Shown: piece by piece, positions 1 through 15,269 of the stretch
Layout: each line of letters begins with the position of its first letter
Position numbering within the stretch: position 1 is the stretch's first letter
Source of the DNA: the human T2T-CHM13v2.0 reference genome, Homo sapiens
Strand: one strand, 5' to 3'
DNA length: 64,000 bases
Assembly (NCBI RefSeq): GCF_009914755.1
Contig: NC_060941.1
Notes under the pieces: model-generated
Databases searched by the model: none
Seen by the model: only the letters and a program-made list of their open reading frames with translations
What the model was told of the DNA's origin: nothing
Translations under genes and position numbers: made by a program

Positions 1-59
1 CGGTGATTTCCACGGTGGTTGTTGCATTTTATAGTCTTATAGGAACATTAGAAAGTTGT

Positions 60-760
60 GGTTGCTTCTCATTCTCCCTAACATTTGGTGTTGTATGACT
101 TTTTATCTTAGCCATTCAAATGGACATGTAGTGATATCTTTAGTGGCTTTACCTTGCATTTCTTTGGTAACTAATAATGTTAAGCATTTGTACGTATGCT
201 TATTGGAATTTGTATCTTTTCCTTTTTGAAATGTCTGTTCAAGTGCTTCATGTACTGTTAAAAAGTAGGTTGTTTTGTTGCATTATTAGAATTGTGTTTA
301 TATTCCAGATACAATAATACAAGTCCTTTGTCATATATATGTATGGCTGATATTTTCTCCCATCTGTGGCTAGCCTGTTCACTTTTTTTCAGTGTCTTTT
401 GATGAGCAGATGCTTTTAATTTTGATGAAGTTGAATTTACAAAATTTTCATTGCTTAATGCTTTCTAGGTTGTATCTAAGAAATATTTGCCTACCTCAAT
501 AATGTGAACTTCTCTTACCTCTCTTATGTAAACTTTATAGCTTCAACTTTTTACTTTGAAGCATGATCTGTATCAAACTTGTAACTGTATGTGGTGAGAA
601 AGCAAAACATAATTTTATTTTCTTGTCAATATCTAATTGTTCATTCAGTTACAATTTGTAGAGACAACTCTCATTTTTCCTTTGAATTATTTTGGAAAAT
701 TTGTCAAAATCAATTGGACATAAAAGTTTTGGTTTAATATTTATATCCAATTCTTTTTGA
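60..760 (-). mobile_element. Old L1M (L1ME/MC-like) ORF2/3' fragment
   Basis: T-rich degenerate antisense L1 phrases (ttgcatttctttggtaactaataatgttaagcatt, tttgatgagcagatgcttttaattttgatgaag); boundaries approximate. Confidence 0.75.
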
Positions 761-1578
761 CCCAATCTACCCCAACACTGAGATGAATCAAAAGGGGGTC
801 ATTGGTGATTTTTAATTCTTGCTATAAAGAAAAATCTCTCCATTGCCTATCAAATTCACATCTTGGAAGTACTATACATAAAAGTTCTATAATGTGATCC
901 ATCCTTCCTCTCTAAGCATTAAATAAGTGTACTCTCAAATGTGTGGTGATACTCAGACATGCCTCATGAATTTACTTTTGGTAACTTAAATGTGGTCTCT
1001 CAGGCGTTGCTTTGTTTTTTTATCTGTCTTCTCTTTGTAAGAGAGGAAATTTCTTTTTCCTTGCTCATACTCTGTGTGTAAAGCCAGCCCTATCTTTTCA
1101 GCTCGAACCATTTTTGACCTTAGGCTCTAGAAGTTAAAGGAGGTATAATAAAATAAGCCAGGTATCACCATCAAGTCACCCAAGTTGCCGTTCTGGCTCT
1201 AACTTTGAAAGCTCTACTCTTGTCTTTCTTCCTGGCTGTGTCCCTGGCTTGGTTCCCTGCTTAGTTCTATGTGGTAGCTCTAGATTTCACCTACTCCAGG
1301 AACTGAATCCTTTATCTAGAACTGTCTATCTCTCATTGTCTCTTATTCCTAGAACCTACGTCCTTACTTCTACCTGGCGTTACTGACACCCCATTACTAT
1401 GGGCAAGACTCTTGGTGCCAATTGATATATAGACCAACACCTATTTTCAGTGACCATATCTTTTATGAGCACTGTTTTACTTCCTCAACTGGAATTTCTT
1501 ATCATATCTATAGCTGATATTGTTCCATTAATGTAAGAACAAGGTGAGTTGGCAATTCTAGTTCCATATCACGTTCTT

Positions 1579-1841
1579 CCCTGACAGCTCTTTGGACATC
1601 AGGTCAACCCCACAGGTGAAGTAGGAAATGGCAGAGGAGACCGTTGCAAACTGAAATAACAGGGCCCAGGGAACAGGTCCCATGTGAGTCCTGGCCTAAG
1701 CTTGAGATGCCCACGCCATAAGACAGTTCTGGACCCAGTCATCTCAGGCTGTTGAAAGGGGAATTAAAAATTTTGAGGCAAGCACTCCAAAGCACAAACC
1801 ATCTTCCCCTCCAACCCCAGACCAGTAAACCCCACTTGCCA
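1579..1841 (+). repeat. Direct repeat copy 1 (~260 bp; partner 2311-2570)
   Basis: catcaggtcaaccccacaggtgaagtaggaa...gtaaaccccacttgcca aligns collinearly with the partner, ~85-88% identity by eye. Confidence 0.95.
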
Positions 1842-2310
1842 CCCTGATGTGTTTAATTGGGCCTTGTCTAATTAGATGCTTAGAGAGGGCTGCCCACTTA
1901 TTGAATGCTAACACATGGCATAAGGCACGCAGGGAGGTAGACATGCTTACCCTGGTTGCCAGTGACAGGGTACACACAGAGTAAAGAATGCTTATCATCA
2001 CCCCTGCTGATCTTGGGTGCTACAGACTGGAGGTCCCACTGCAGTTGGAACACTGAGAGGAGGGAAGAGTGGATATCTAGGCTTATCCATATGACCCAAG
2101 ACTAAGGATTGATGGTGGATGGTTGACCCAGAGCTCCGAACTCAGCCTCTGTCTAATATGAAAGCACAAAACAGTGCTTTGCATCATGCTGGCAGCCCAC
2201 TTTTATGCAGATACATAAATGAAATATGGTGCCTTCAAGAGGATGATTTGCTTGCCCACCACCCCTCTGGAATGAGGACTCAACCCTCAGTGTGATATAA
2301 AGTCATGAGA

Positions 2311-2570
2311 CCCTGAGCTCTTCTGGCATCAGGTCAACCCCACAGGTGAAGTAGGAAGTTGCAGAGCAGACAGCTGCAAATGGAAATAACAGGCTGAGGG
2401 ATCATGTCCCATGTTTGTCTTGGTCTAAGCTTGAGATGCCTGCGCCGTAAGACTGTTCTGGACTCAGTCATCTCAGGCAGTTGAAAGGTGAATAAAAATT
2501 TTTGAGGCAAGCACTTCAAAGCACAAACTACCTTCCCCTCCAACCCCAGACCTGTAAACCCTACTTGCCA
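2311..2570 (+). repeat. Direct repeat copy 2 (partner 1579-1841)
   Basis: Same segment repeated ~730 bp downstream. Confidence 0.95.
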
Positions 2571-3660
2571 AGATCTGACTTTATTATCATTCTTATATAG
2601 AAGATTTTTTTCCTGTAATTGGTAAGTCTGTTTTTCTCCGTCTCTTTGCAACTTTTTGCCCATTCTTCATTCTTTATGTTTTTCAAATTCCACATTCTCC
2701 ATAAAACTTGACTAATTTCTCCAACTATAGATGATATCTACCTCCATTTTGAACTCTGGTATTCCATTACTATCTTTTCCTTTTTTTTTTTTTTTTTGAG
2801 TTCTTTGTTTGAGAATAGAGTTGTTATTTTTTTAAAACAGGGACTATGTTTTATTCATCTTTGTCTTGCTTAGAACCGAGGTAAGTAATTTTTAAAAAAT
2901 CAAATGAAAGACATCTAAGAAGGATTTTTCCCCTATATTGTTTTTATGGATACCTAACAATAGATTTCTTCTAAAATTTAACTTAGTCTTTTCCCATAGG
3001 TTGCATTCCAAAGCCCTGACCCTAAATGATGAGAGAAATGATTCGTTTTGGTGATCTACTCTTTCCACCTTGTTTTAACAATGGATTTAGTTTAAGTAAT
3101 TGTAAGCTGCTCTACCAACTAACTTAGGTGAGATTCATGGATTAAATAGGAATAATTGTTCCTCTTTATGAGGTCTTTAGGAAAATAAGTAATTTGTATA
3201 TGGCATCCATACAAGTGCTATTTAGTAAATTGCAGTTGGTGTTAATAAAGGAGATAGATTGCAATAAACACCTTCTGAGGAAATGACCTCTAATCTACTC
3301 CTGGCCATATATGTTATCCTGACCACAAAACACTAATTATTCCAGAATTTCAAGGAAGACTAGCTCATTCACTTCCTCTCTGCCTAAAGGGATATTTCTT
3401 CTCAGCCTTTAACCTTCACCTACTTGTCAACCTGGAAGTATTTCTCCCACCAGAGAGGAAGTTAAGGAACAAGGTATCTAGAGAGCATTTAAGTTTTCAG
3501 GTGTTCAATAAATACCTGAAGGCTAACTACCCAGGGTTCAGTTACACTTATGCAAAAACAGAGAATAAAGCTACACTGCACAATTAACATACGTGGTGAA
3601 TGTAAACTTGGCTATATTTATTGACATCCTTCTCCTGGATTTAGAAGTAACTTGAGATGG

Positions 3661-3661
<1 letters not shown>

Positions 3662-3706
<45 letters not shown>
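3662..3706. repeat. (TA)n microsatellite
   Basis: ~22 perfect TA units. Confidence 0.98.
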
Positions 3707-3709
<3 letters not shown>

Positions 3710-4319
3710 AATAGGTAGGCTGTACTATTTCAGCCAACACATTTTTTTTGGCTGAAAATATTTAATATCTCTACTTCAATATATATATATTTGTTAATTG
3801 TCAATTTTAATTAGATGGTGCTACACGTGCCTGATAAAAATGATTAACAATAATGAAATCTCAAATACAGTTGGCTTAGAGTTCATGATTTGCCCTACCT
3901 CAGGTCCAATTACAACTCTAGCCATTTCTACCATTTCTTAAAAGATCTTAAACATCTTAAAGGTAGTTTGGTAGTTTAAGGCCCTCTACAGGTAGTTTGA
4001 CACATGAAATTATTAAGCTATACAGTGGAAGGTGACGTTGTGAGTTGAAGCAAAAGATCAAATACTATGATGCACTCTATTTCAATGCTTTCCAACTTTA
4101 TGCCAACAGTGTATGCAAATTTTAGAAAGACCACATTAATTACAACCTGGAAGACAGAGTAGAAGTGCATAAGTGAAGTCAAAAGAAAAAGCAAAAGTCT
4201 CTTGACATATTCAAGAGAAGCTTGAATTGAAACGAAAGCAGAAACACATGAGAGGCGTAATAAGGGATGGATGTTAGAACATTTAATAGACATCATCATC
4301 ACCTTAAGGGTAATTTAGA

Positions 4320-5470
<1,151 letters not shown>

Positions 5471-6224
5471 AGAGAAGGGAGGATAGGTGGAAAGACAAAT
5501 AACTAAATAAAATTGTTCTTTATTTCCTTTGGAAATCCCAGACAGTAAAGAAACACAATTTCATTGACCAATAATTGATGATGCCATGTCGAAGTGTCTC
5601 CACCTGGCAGGAAGAGCATATGATTTAAGGCAGATAATCTGCCTCCCTCTCTGCTTTGGGACCATTAGATTTGGGGGAAAAAATGGACTTGGTGAGTTGG
5701 GGAGGTGGTGGGGAGAAATGAACTCTCCCTGGGTCCATTCTCACTATATTTTTATTCTCTATGGAAGAGAACAGATGTTCTCTTTTTTGTTGAGAAAGCA
5801 CCATGCTTCCTCCTCAACTTCATTTTGAACAGGAGGTTTCAAGAGAGGCCACCCACAGCTCTGAGTGTTCCCACTGAGAGGAAAAATAAATGCCAAACCC
5901 ATGTGCACTGAGCAAGAAAAAGCAGCTGAAAAAAAATTACTCCAACTTTATAGCCAGACCTGCTTGGCTAGCATAGAGGCAAATTAAGCTTACCAAACAT
6001 TTTTTTTTTTAACCATCAATAGTTCATTGCCGTTGATAACAGACAACCAAATATCTAATTCATGATAGTCCAATTTACTAAACCCAAGAAGTGGAAGCTC
6101 TTGGAAAAGTATGACTTTTTTTTTTTTCCTGGAGATTCATATGCTAATGGGGAGGGGACAGAACTTAGAATGTAAAGTAGTCAAAAGGTATGAATAATAT
6201 CAATAATGACCAGAGGGCTTTATC

Positions 6225-6480
6225 ACAGGAGAGTAGATAGGGACTGAGAATCCTTGGAGTCAAAAAATATATATACATAGGTTAGTATACTGGCCACTGA
6301 CTTTGCCAAGTATAGTCTTGTGCATCTTTAGGGAAATTACTTAACACTCCTATGTATCAACTCTCTTCACCATAAAATGCTCAATCTAACAGCATCTTCC
6401 TGATAAGATTACATGAATGAATACATATAGCACATATACCTATAGTTTGTATTTTATGTAATTTTAATTTGTTATTATAA
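6225..6480 (+). mobile_element. MIR
   Basis: Degenerate core tttagggaaattacttaacactcctatgtatcaactctcttcaccataaaatg. Confidence 0.6.
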
Positions 6481-8149
6481 ATATTTTGCAGCATGTTTAC
6501 TTATTTATTATTACTTAGTTTTGATCCATCAGATTCTTGTCAGGAAACAGAGTTTATAGTTTCCTACAAACTTTAAAATGGAGACACTTTAAAGAAATAC
6601 ATACAGTGAGGAAAGCGGGAGAAGGGACAGGAAAGTGTGGAGAGACTCAGCAATTAAGGAAAGCTATTACGCCCCAAGGGACACAGAGATCAAACAGGGT
6701 CAGAGGCAACTATCAGAGGGAAGACCTGGACACTGGAATCATGCAAAGGGACCACCCTAGAGGGGGTGCTAAGTCATGAAGGTACAAAGCTCCTGCGAGA
6801 GACTTGGTGTCTACACAGGAAGAAGAAGGAGAAAAAACATTTACTCTTATTGTCTCTACCCTTAGACCCTTTTCAGTGACTGCCATTGGCTAAAGCCAAA
6901 AGAATCCAACCAACAAAGGGAGTGTGGTTGATGCCTTCAGCAAAAGTCACAGAGCATGATGAAGAAGAGAATAGAAAAGACCTGAATCAGAATAACACTA
7001 AGTTAAGCACTAAAGATAGCTCATAGCAAACCATAAAAGCTTAATAAATATTACTGAAAATTATTTAACTATCAAGCTGATGATATTGATGAAGAAGATG
7101 ATGATAATGACCATGTAGTATAGAAAAACCCAAAGAAGGAGTTTGAAGTATGCCGATATTTTTTTTTTCAGACAAAAATTGTAAGTGTTAGACATATGGC
7201 TGGGTTCTGAACATGCCAACATTGATACGAGATTTTATCTTCAAGAAATTACACAGAATCTATGGAGGAGACAGATATTAAATAGTTATAATACAGTGTG
7301 AGATATTCTGTTTGGAGAGATATATATTCAGCCCTTAGGATAGAAAAAGAATTCAGTAATAATTGCAGAATTTTTACACAAGCTGGATTGTGAAGGACAC
7401 ATAATGATTTTGTAGTGAATAAAAAAGTCTTTGTGATTTGCTTATCAAGGTAGCTTGAAATTCACATTCTAATCTACTGATTTAATAACTAAAGGATTGT
7501 TTCACATGGGATTGAGCATAATTCTCAGAAGTAATTTTCATAAAATACATGTTACTAAAATAATGTTAATCAATCAATTAAATGTTCATCAAATGCTAAT
7601 TTAATTGGTATTAAAAAACAGCTCTGGTCATTCACTCCAAGATTGAGTTCTTAATTTTAGGCTTAAAGACTCTGGAAAGAAACAAGAACCAAGGACAGTC
7701 ACATGATCCAGAAAGGAAAACATTGCTTATGGGCCATATGCTTTTCTAAGCCTCAGGACTTTATTGTGGCTAAAGCAAGAACACATCAATATGTGGGATA
7801 AGAAACCTCTGAAAGTGCATTTCATTATCTGAAAGAATCAAAACAGTGAAGAAGAGTGAATTTATCTACATATTGAAAGAGATTCAGTGAGTAATTTGTC
7901 CAGTCTCTTTCTTATCTAATTTAATCCAAACACCACCCATTGATGGGGAGTTTCAATTTTCAGTATTTTAGCCTAATGCTCAGGAAGGAATGCCAGTGAA
8001 CATGGACTTGTGGCTTTAAGTGACTAATCATAGCAACTGCTATACAAACATGTAAGGAAAAGCCAACAGACTATGATGAATGAGAAACTTCCTTATATTT
8101 CATTCCTTTGGTGCTTTTTTTCCTTCTTCCTTTCTCTTCTCTAAACATT

Positions 8150-8443
8150 TTTTCTTTTTTTTTTTTTTGACAGAGTCTAATTCTGTCACACAGGCTGGAG
8201 TGCAGTGGAGCAATCTGGCCTCACTGCAACCTCTGTCTCCGGGTTCAAGCCATCCTCTCACCTCACCCTCCTGAGTAGCTGGGAGTACAGGTGTGCACCA
8301 CCATGACCAGCTATTTTTTTTTTTTTTTTTTTTTTTTGTAGAGACAGGGTTTCACCATGTTGCCCAGGCTGGTCTCAAACTCCTGACCTCAAGTGCCTCC
8401 CAAAGTGCTGAGATTACAGGTGTAAACTACTGTGCCCTGCCCT
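8150..8443 (-). mobile_element. AluJ-like
   Basis: Antisense Alu with expanded middle T tract; TSD ctctaaacatttt. Confidence 0.95.
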
Positions 8444-9165
8444 CTAAACATTTTTTTCTAAGCGACTCCAAGACTGCATGTTCAATTGAGATGACAGGCA
8501 GTGGAGTTCTGTGGGCCACACGGATGTTATTTGTTTGGGGGTAGCTGACACATCATCAGAAACTTTCATATTATTTAGTATGCGAAGAATAGACTGATGG
8601 AAATGGAATATAGCAGTTGGTGGAAGGAAAGAAATGATGAGACCAATTGTAAAACTCCACATCCAAGGCATGATGGGTGAAATTTACTCAGAGATCTTGC
8701 TGGAAATCTCATTCCATGATGTAGATGGGGTGTGAAGGCATCGTGGCCATTATTACTCACACCCCCTGCAGTTGAAGACAATCCATACCCTCTGTAGGCT
8801 GATCTACATGAATACAAACACAGAGACACCTCCTCCACAGAAACACCATGAAATGTGGTCTTCCACTAAATATCAGACAGTTGAAAGAGGAATCCAAGAA
8901 TCTCAATTATTTGCACATGTAGGAGGAAAAAAATGGATCTTTCAGTATACTTATGCTACCTATAACCTCTACTTCCTAACTGTGGATATGGGAAGAATAA
9001 TTTGGGCTTTCTTATGCCTGCTGAACAAATTTTGGGTTATTTCATGAACATTTATTATTAAATAAGAAAATTTAAATTATATAACCTGATTGATTCTTTA
9101 AGGTCTGTGTTTTAAGTAAGAAACCAGCTTATGATTTTCACAGGTTTTCTACAAAGAAACTATTA

Positions 9166-9480
9166 TATCAGGTGCATGGCTCATGCCTGTAATTCTAGCA
9201 TTTTGGAAAGCCAAGGCAAAAAGATTCTATGAGTCTAGGAGTTTGAGACCAGCTTGGGTAACACAGGGAGACGCCATCTCTACAAAAAAAAAAAAATTAA
9301 AAAATTAGCCAGGCATGGTGGTGCATGAGTGTTATCCTAGCTACTCAGGAGGCTGAAAAGGGAGGATTGCTTGAGCCTGGGAGGTTGAGGCTGCAGTGAG
9401 TCATCATTACGCCACTGCCCTTGAGCCTGGGCAATTGAGCAAGATCTCATCTCAAAATAAAATAAATAGAATAAAATAGA
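9166..9480 (+). mobile_element. AluJ
   Basis: Diverged Alu dimer, TSD agaaactatta. Confidence 0.95.
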
Positions 9481-11043
9481 AACTATTAAGTCCATTTATG
9501 CCAATGTACTAGATTCATTATGCATTGACTATAATACCAGTGTTAATGTGTCATGGGAAGAAAATGTAATCACAATTTAGTATTGATAATGGCATTTACT
9601 ATCCTCTAGGAGGAAGAATCTAGAACTAAAGGTAACCTGTGGATAAAGAATTTGAAAATCTTCAGGTTGTGGTCCATGTATAATTTTAGAATTTACATTT
9701 TATCCAGCCAGTGGGATGATGGGGGCGTCAGATGTATTGGCATGGTTCAAAAGATATGTCTATTCCCTGAGGAATGCTGAGTTCCTGCATTAATAAATAA
9801 ACAGCTGAGTAGAGCCATAAATCAGGTTATAAGTAGTAAAATGTAATTAAAGTAATAAAGTGAAAAGAACGCTGAATAAAGCATCTGAACAGCTTCCCTT
9901 TTTATTTATTAAGTGAGGTCTTACCTTCTTTATGCTTAACTTAAAATCAGAAGCACTTCCTTAATTGTTACTATTTTTTTACTTCCTTAAAATGGCGGGT
10001 TTTTTCTCCCAATACACGTTACTGAGGTATCTTTAGAAACTTCTCAAATAATATTTAGTGTGTAGCTTTCATACGTATCACTAGAAACATTTTCACTCAT
10101 ATTTAAAAATAAGCTTGAACTTATATTTAAGAATGTATGTCTTCTAAATAATAAAGATTGAAGATAACTAGAAGTCATTTTATACAATTTCTTCATTTTA
10201 GCAATAAGGAAAACGGGACACAAAGAAGCCAAGTAGCTAGGGCCACATAAATATTTAGAGGCATAATTTAAGGCCAGGTTTCGTAATTCTTACGCGGATG
10301 GTGAAATACAGAAAAAAAAAATGCGTTGGCTTTGATACATCTCCAATTCCCTTAACCATTATTTCTCAATACTTTCTCATTGGCTTATACTTTTGGTTCC
10401 TGAAAGTTTTGGTGCTTCTATGTGGTCAGTGAACTCGGTCTCTGGATCTTCTGAATTTCTTTATCTGCCTCTTCAAGGCTGTGCTTTCTCCTGTTAGTAT
10501 AGTGAAAGGACAGTACATGAGGCCTGAAGCCTTTGAATAATACCCCTGTTTCCCCAGCTTGGCAGCTTTGCTGAAACGAACCGTTCTACAGAAGGTGTTT
10601 CTTGGATGTAAATGGCCAACCAAATGTATGCATACTTTAAGGGTAATTTATGGAGGAAAAAAGTTAATGTTACACTATAGTTATATTTGCTAGGTAGAGC
10701 TGGCAAGCGATTCACCAAAGGCGTCTGAGTATATTATTTCTCTCTTTTGGGAAGTTGAGGAAAAAAGGAAGGAAGAGTTTGGAATTTCGTTTCAGTCTTG
10801 AGATCCTGATAAAAGCTGACTCAGGAGTTCAAAAGAAGAAGAGCCAATATTAACAACGTTGTCTATCTTCACATTATTTTTGCCTTAATATTTGAGGTTG
10901 CCTTGCACTTGAAAAGTAGTAAAATAAATAGTCACAATTGACCTTCGGTTTGTCATAAAGTTATAACCTGCTCTGAGTAACATGTTGAAAGACAAACTTA
11001 AATCACAGATAAACAAAATTATTTACTTTAAAAGGTATTCACA

Positions 11044-11470
<427 letters not shown>

Positions 11471-11668
11471 CTACTCCTCTTTCCCCAATTTATCACCCCC
11501 TTCACCTTCCTGGCTGCAGGCAATCTTTTATGGTTTAGTTTCATTGTCCATAATATCTAAATAAAATTTATTATGATACAAATACTGTAGACATATATAG
11601 TATGACATATTATAATGATAAATTCACTGTGTTTTCAGAATTAGAATATCTATAAAGTAAAACAAATT

Positions 11669-12023
11669 AGGCCAGGTGCAGTGGCTCATACTTGAAATCT
11701 CAGCACTTCGGGAGACTGAGGCAGGAGCCTAGCTTGAGCTCGGGAGTTCAAGACCAGCTGGGGCAATGTTGCATCATCATGTCTCTACCAAAAAAAATTA
11801 ATAAATAAAAAAATATAAAATTAGCCTGATGTGGTGGCAGGTACCTGTAGTTCTAGCTACTTGAGAGGCTGAGGTGGGAGGATTATTTGTGCCCAGGAGT
11901 TCCAGTCTGCAGTGAGCCATGTTTGTGCCACTGTACTCACTCCAGCCTGGACGAGAGAGTGAGACTCTGTCTCTAACCAAATATAATAAAATAAAATAAA
12001 TAATAAAAATAAAATAAAATAAA
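11669..12023 (+). mobile_element. AluJ
   Basis: Diverged Alu dimer with (taaaa)n tail. Confidence 0.95.
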
Positions 12024-12998
12024 TCAGTTCAGAAATAAAATCAGAATGGGAATTGTCTTTAGATATTGAACCTCAGTTTGCTCATCTGTTAAGACATGAT
12101 AAATCAATGTAAAAATATCTCCATTTAATGGTTTCTAACAATTGAAACTAAAAGTATATTTCACATATACAAATTTTGGATAATGTTTCCATGGATTTTT
12201 GTATAAAATAAAAGATAATAATGATAGCATCAGGAAGGGATTAACATCTTATTTAAAAGAACTTCTCATATAAATTTAATTGGAAAAAATATTTATAACT
12301 TTTATCTTCGTCAATATCCAAATGAACCAAAGAAGTGCTTAAGAACTTAGTAAGAAAATACATAATTTCATGTATTTCAAAGCTCTAGGCAGGTCACTGC
12401 ATGTGCTGGCCATGGTCCAACATCTTGGAAAGGCTAATTTATTCTACAGGAGGAAATGGAAAGAGTTATTTATTTTTTGCTATTTGTTTTCTTTTTTAGT
12501 TTTAGTTTTTGTTTTTCTTTTGCCTCTAAGAGGAACAAAGCACGAGGGGAGAAACAGGGAAAGGAGGAAGTTCAAGAGGAGGGCTGAACAATAAGGCAGG
12601 AGGTTGAAGCTTCAGTTGTGCTACTAGCCAATCTACTTTACTCAGCAATTTATTTCCCTAGATAATCCACATCTCTTCCAGTTCATTTGTCTCACTATTT
12701 ACCCTTATATTAGCAAGTGATTTCTCTTCCTACTTTGCTGAAGAAATAGAAGACAGCTGATGAGAACAACCTCAAATTATATCCACCTCTAATTAAAAAC
12801 ATATTGGAATCTCCACTTTCCACTTTACATCAGATAAGAGTAAAGTTCTCCTCCTTTTCAAGTATGATGCCCCTTCACAACCTGGTCTATAGATCCTCTG
12901 TTTTTCTGTAGGCTCAGCCCACTGCCATATAATCATGTCATTACAAAGCATCAAAACTTGTTGACCTTCTAATCTCATTCAATTCTCTTCTCAACCTC

Positions 12999-13358
12999 TG
13001 ATATGGTTTAGCTCTCTGTCCCCACCCAAATCTCACCTTGAATTATAATAATCCCCAGGTGTCGTGCGAGGGACCCAGTGGGAGGTAATTGAATGATGGG
13101 GGCAGGTTTTTCCCGTGCTATTCTCGTAATAGTGAATAAGTCTCACACGATCTGATGGTTTTATAAAGGGGAGTTCCCCTGCTTATGTTCTCTTGCCTGC
13201 CTCCATGTAAGATGTGCCTTTGCTCTTTCTTCACCTTCCGCCATGATTGTGAGGCCTCCCCAGCCATGTGAAACTGTAAGTCCATTAAACCTCTTTCTTT
13301 TATAAATTACCCAGTCTCAGGTATGTCTTTATTAGCAACATGAGAATGGACTAATACA
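12999..13358 (+). mobile_element. THE1 (C-like) solo LTR, ERVL-MaLR
   Basis: tgatatggttt...ctaataca termini, 5-bp TSD acctc. Confidence 0.95.
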
Positions 13359-13468
13359 ACCTCTTAATCTTGGGTTCATCTACAACAAGTGTGTTAAAAT
13401 ACTATTTTCAATTTACCACTGACTTATTTGTTTAAGTCAATGATGTTTTTCCTTTGGCACTTGAGCCC

Positions 13469-13837
13469 TGATATGGTTAGACTTTGTGTCCCTACCCAAA
13501 TCTCATCATGAATTGTCATTCCCATGTATCAAGGGAGGAATCTGATGGATGGTGACTGGATTATGGGGAGTGGTTTCCCCTATGCTGTTCTCATGATAGT
13601 GAGTGAGTCTCATGAGATCTGATGGTTTTAAAAGTGGCAGCTTTCTGTGCTTGCACTCTTCTCACTCCTGCTGCCATGTGAAGAAAGTGCCTTGCTTCCT
13701 CTTTGCCTTTCATCATGGTTGTTAAGTTTCCTGAGGCCTCCCAAGCCATGTGGAACTGTGAGCCAATTAAACCTCTTTCCTTTATAAATTACCCAGACTC
13801 GGGTAGTATCTTTATAGTGTAAGAACAGAACAATATA
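13469..13837 (+). mobile_element. THE1D/MSTA-like solo LTR
   Basis: tgatatggtt...aatata termini, TSD agccc/agctc. Confidence 0.92.
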
Positions 13838-14219
13838 AGCTCTTTGCAGAAGGTGACAATCTTGTGCTTTTTCTCCATTGTCCCACATGGTTAAAGTAGA
13901 ATGCTTTATTCTACATGTCTTTCTAGAGTGATTCCCACATCCATGACTTCAACTAGTACTGATATGCCCATACTCTTGTCCCAAACTTTAAGCTACTGTA
14001 TCTATTCTTTCTACCAACTTGGTCAACTGAAAGTCCCCAAAGTAACTGAACCTCAAAATGTCTACAATTCAGTCACTCTTACTTCTCCTGCCTCTTTAAA
14101 TGTGATTCCTTTTATTCCTAAGCTTGTGGAAATGGCATTAACATACAGAAAATCTCCTAAGCCAGAAATCTGGGACAATTTCTTCTTCATTATCACCACA
14201 TCATATACCATGAGGCTCT

Positions 14220-14741
14220 CAGGCCATAGAGCCTTGGGTTTTTCCTGTGGATGATAGGATGCCCCTGTAGGGTTTTCAAGCAGGAGAAAGACATGGCCAG
14301 AGTTTTGTTTGAGGAGAACACTCAGATGGCATTGTGGAAGATGGATTGCATGGGGGAAGCTATAAAAGAAGCTATAAACTAGGTTGGAGATGGTCCCACT
14401 TGTGGAAGTTACTGATGTTGGGACCTGTTCTAGAATTTTGGAAGTTGGAATAAAGAGTAACACACACATTTGAGAAATGTTTGAGATGGATGTCTGAGAA
14501 ATTACTTTAAATAAAATCTAAACTTTACAACATTTATCTGACATGAAACACGGTAACATGATTTGTTTCACACCCAACACGTTGCTGCTATCATTCAGGC
14601 TGTTAGAATTTCCCATTCCAAGATGTTGACTTCCACCACCACCCTACCATGCATGCCTGTGCACGTACAATGCAAATGCTCACACCCCTACACACACACA
14701 CACACAAACACACACAAACACATACACACATACAAACACAC
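14220..14741 (+). repeat. Dispersed direct duplication, derived copy (source 17199-17723)
   Basis: ~520 bp collinear match, ~87-90% by eye, ends in a CA microsatellite; interrupts the L2. Confidence 0.95.
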
Positions 14742-15072
14742 AGAAGTAGTGTGTGTATCTACTTTTAGATGACTCCTGTATCTAGTCCCTTCTCTATATT
14801 AATATTTTATTGTCCTCATTATTTCTTCTCCAGAATAATGCAATTGCCTCTTTTTGCTAATGTAAATTCGATTATCACACCAAACTACTGTTAAGAAATA
14901 TGAATATGATCCTATTATTTTTACCAAGTGCAATACTTCTGTTGTTCCCTAGACACAATCATGTCAAAACTACTCGGTATAACATTGCATCTATCATTTA
15001 ACATCTGCCTATTTCTATGACTCCATCTCCTCCTCTTATCTTACAAAACATCCAATATTCTAGCTATACAGT

Positions 15073-15268
15073 TGACGTTTCTTGAATGTGTCATATTCTA
15101 AGCGGGGGTCTCTCAACATTTTAGTCTTGCTTTGTCCCTTCCTGGAACCTCTTCTCATGTTCTCTGCATGACTGACATTTCTTGAATGTGCCATATTCTA
15201 AGAGGTTTCTGAACATCTGGGGCTTGCATTGTCTCTTTCTGGAACGTCTTTACATATTCTCTGCATGA
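15073..15268 (+). repeat. Old tandem duplication, 2 x ~100 bp
   Basis: tgac(g/a)tttcttgaatgtg...ttctctgcatga twice, ~75-80% identity. Confidence 0.85.
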
Positions 15269-15269
15269 G

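Noticed and set aside
2878-3000. Strong donor GAG|GTAAGT at 2881 and acceptor-like ttttcccatag at 2999
   Set aside because: No coherent exon chain or ORF; isolated splice-like motifs are common.
8444-8671. Hydrophobic 75-aa ORF as a membrane microprotein
   Set aside because: No recognisable homology, promoter or transcript support; expected by chance.
12999-13837. Two adjacent MaLR LTRs as one provirus
   Set aside because: Different subfamilies, each with its own 5-bp TSD, separated by only ~110 bp of host sequence.
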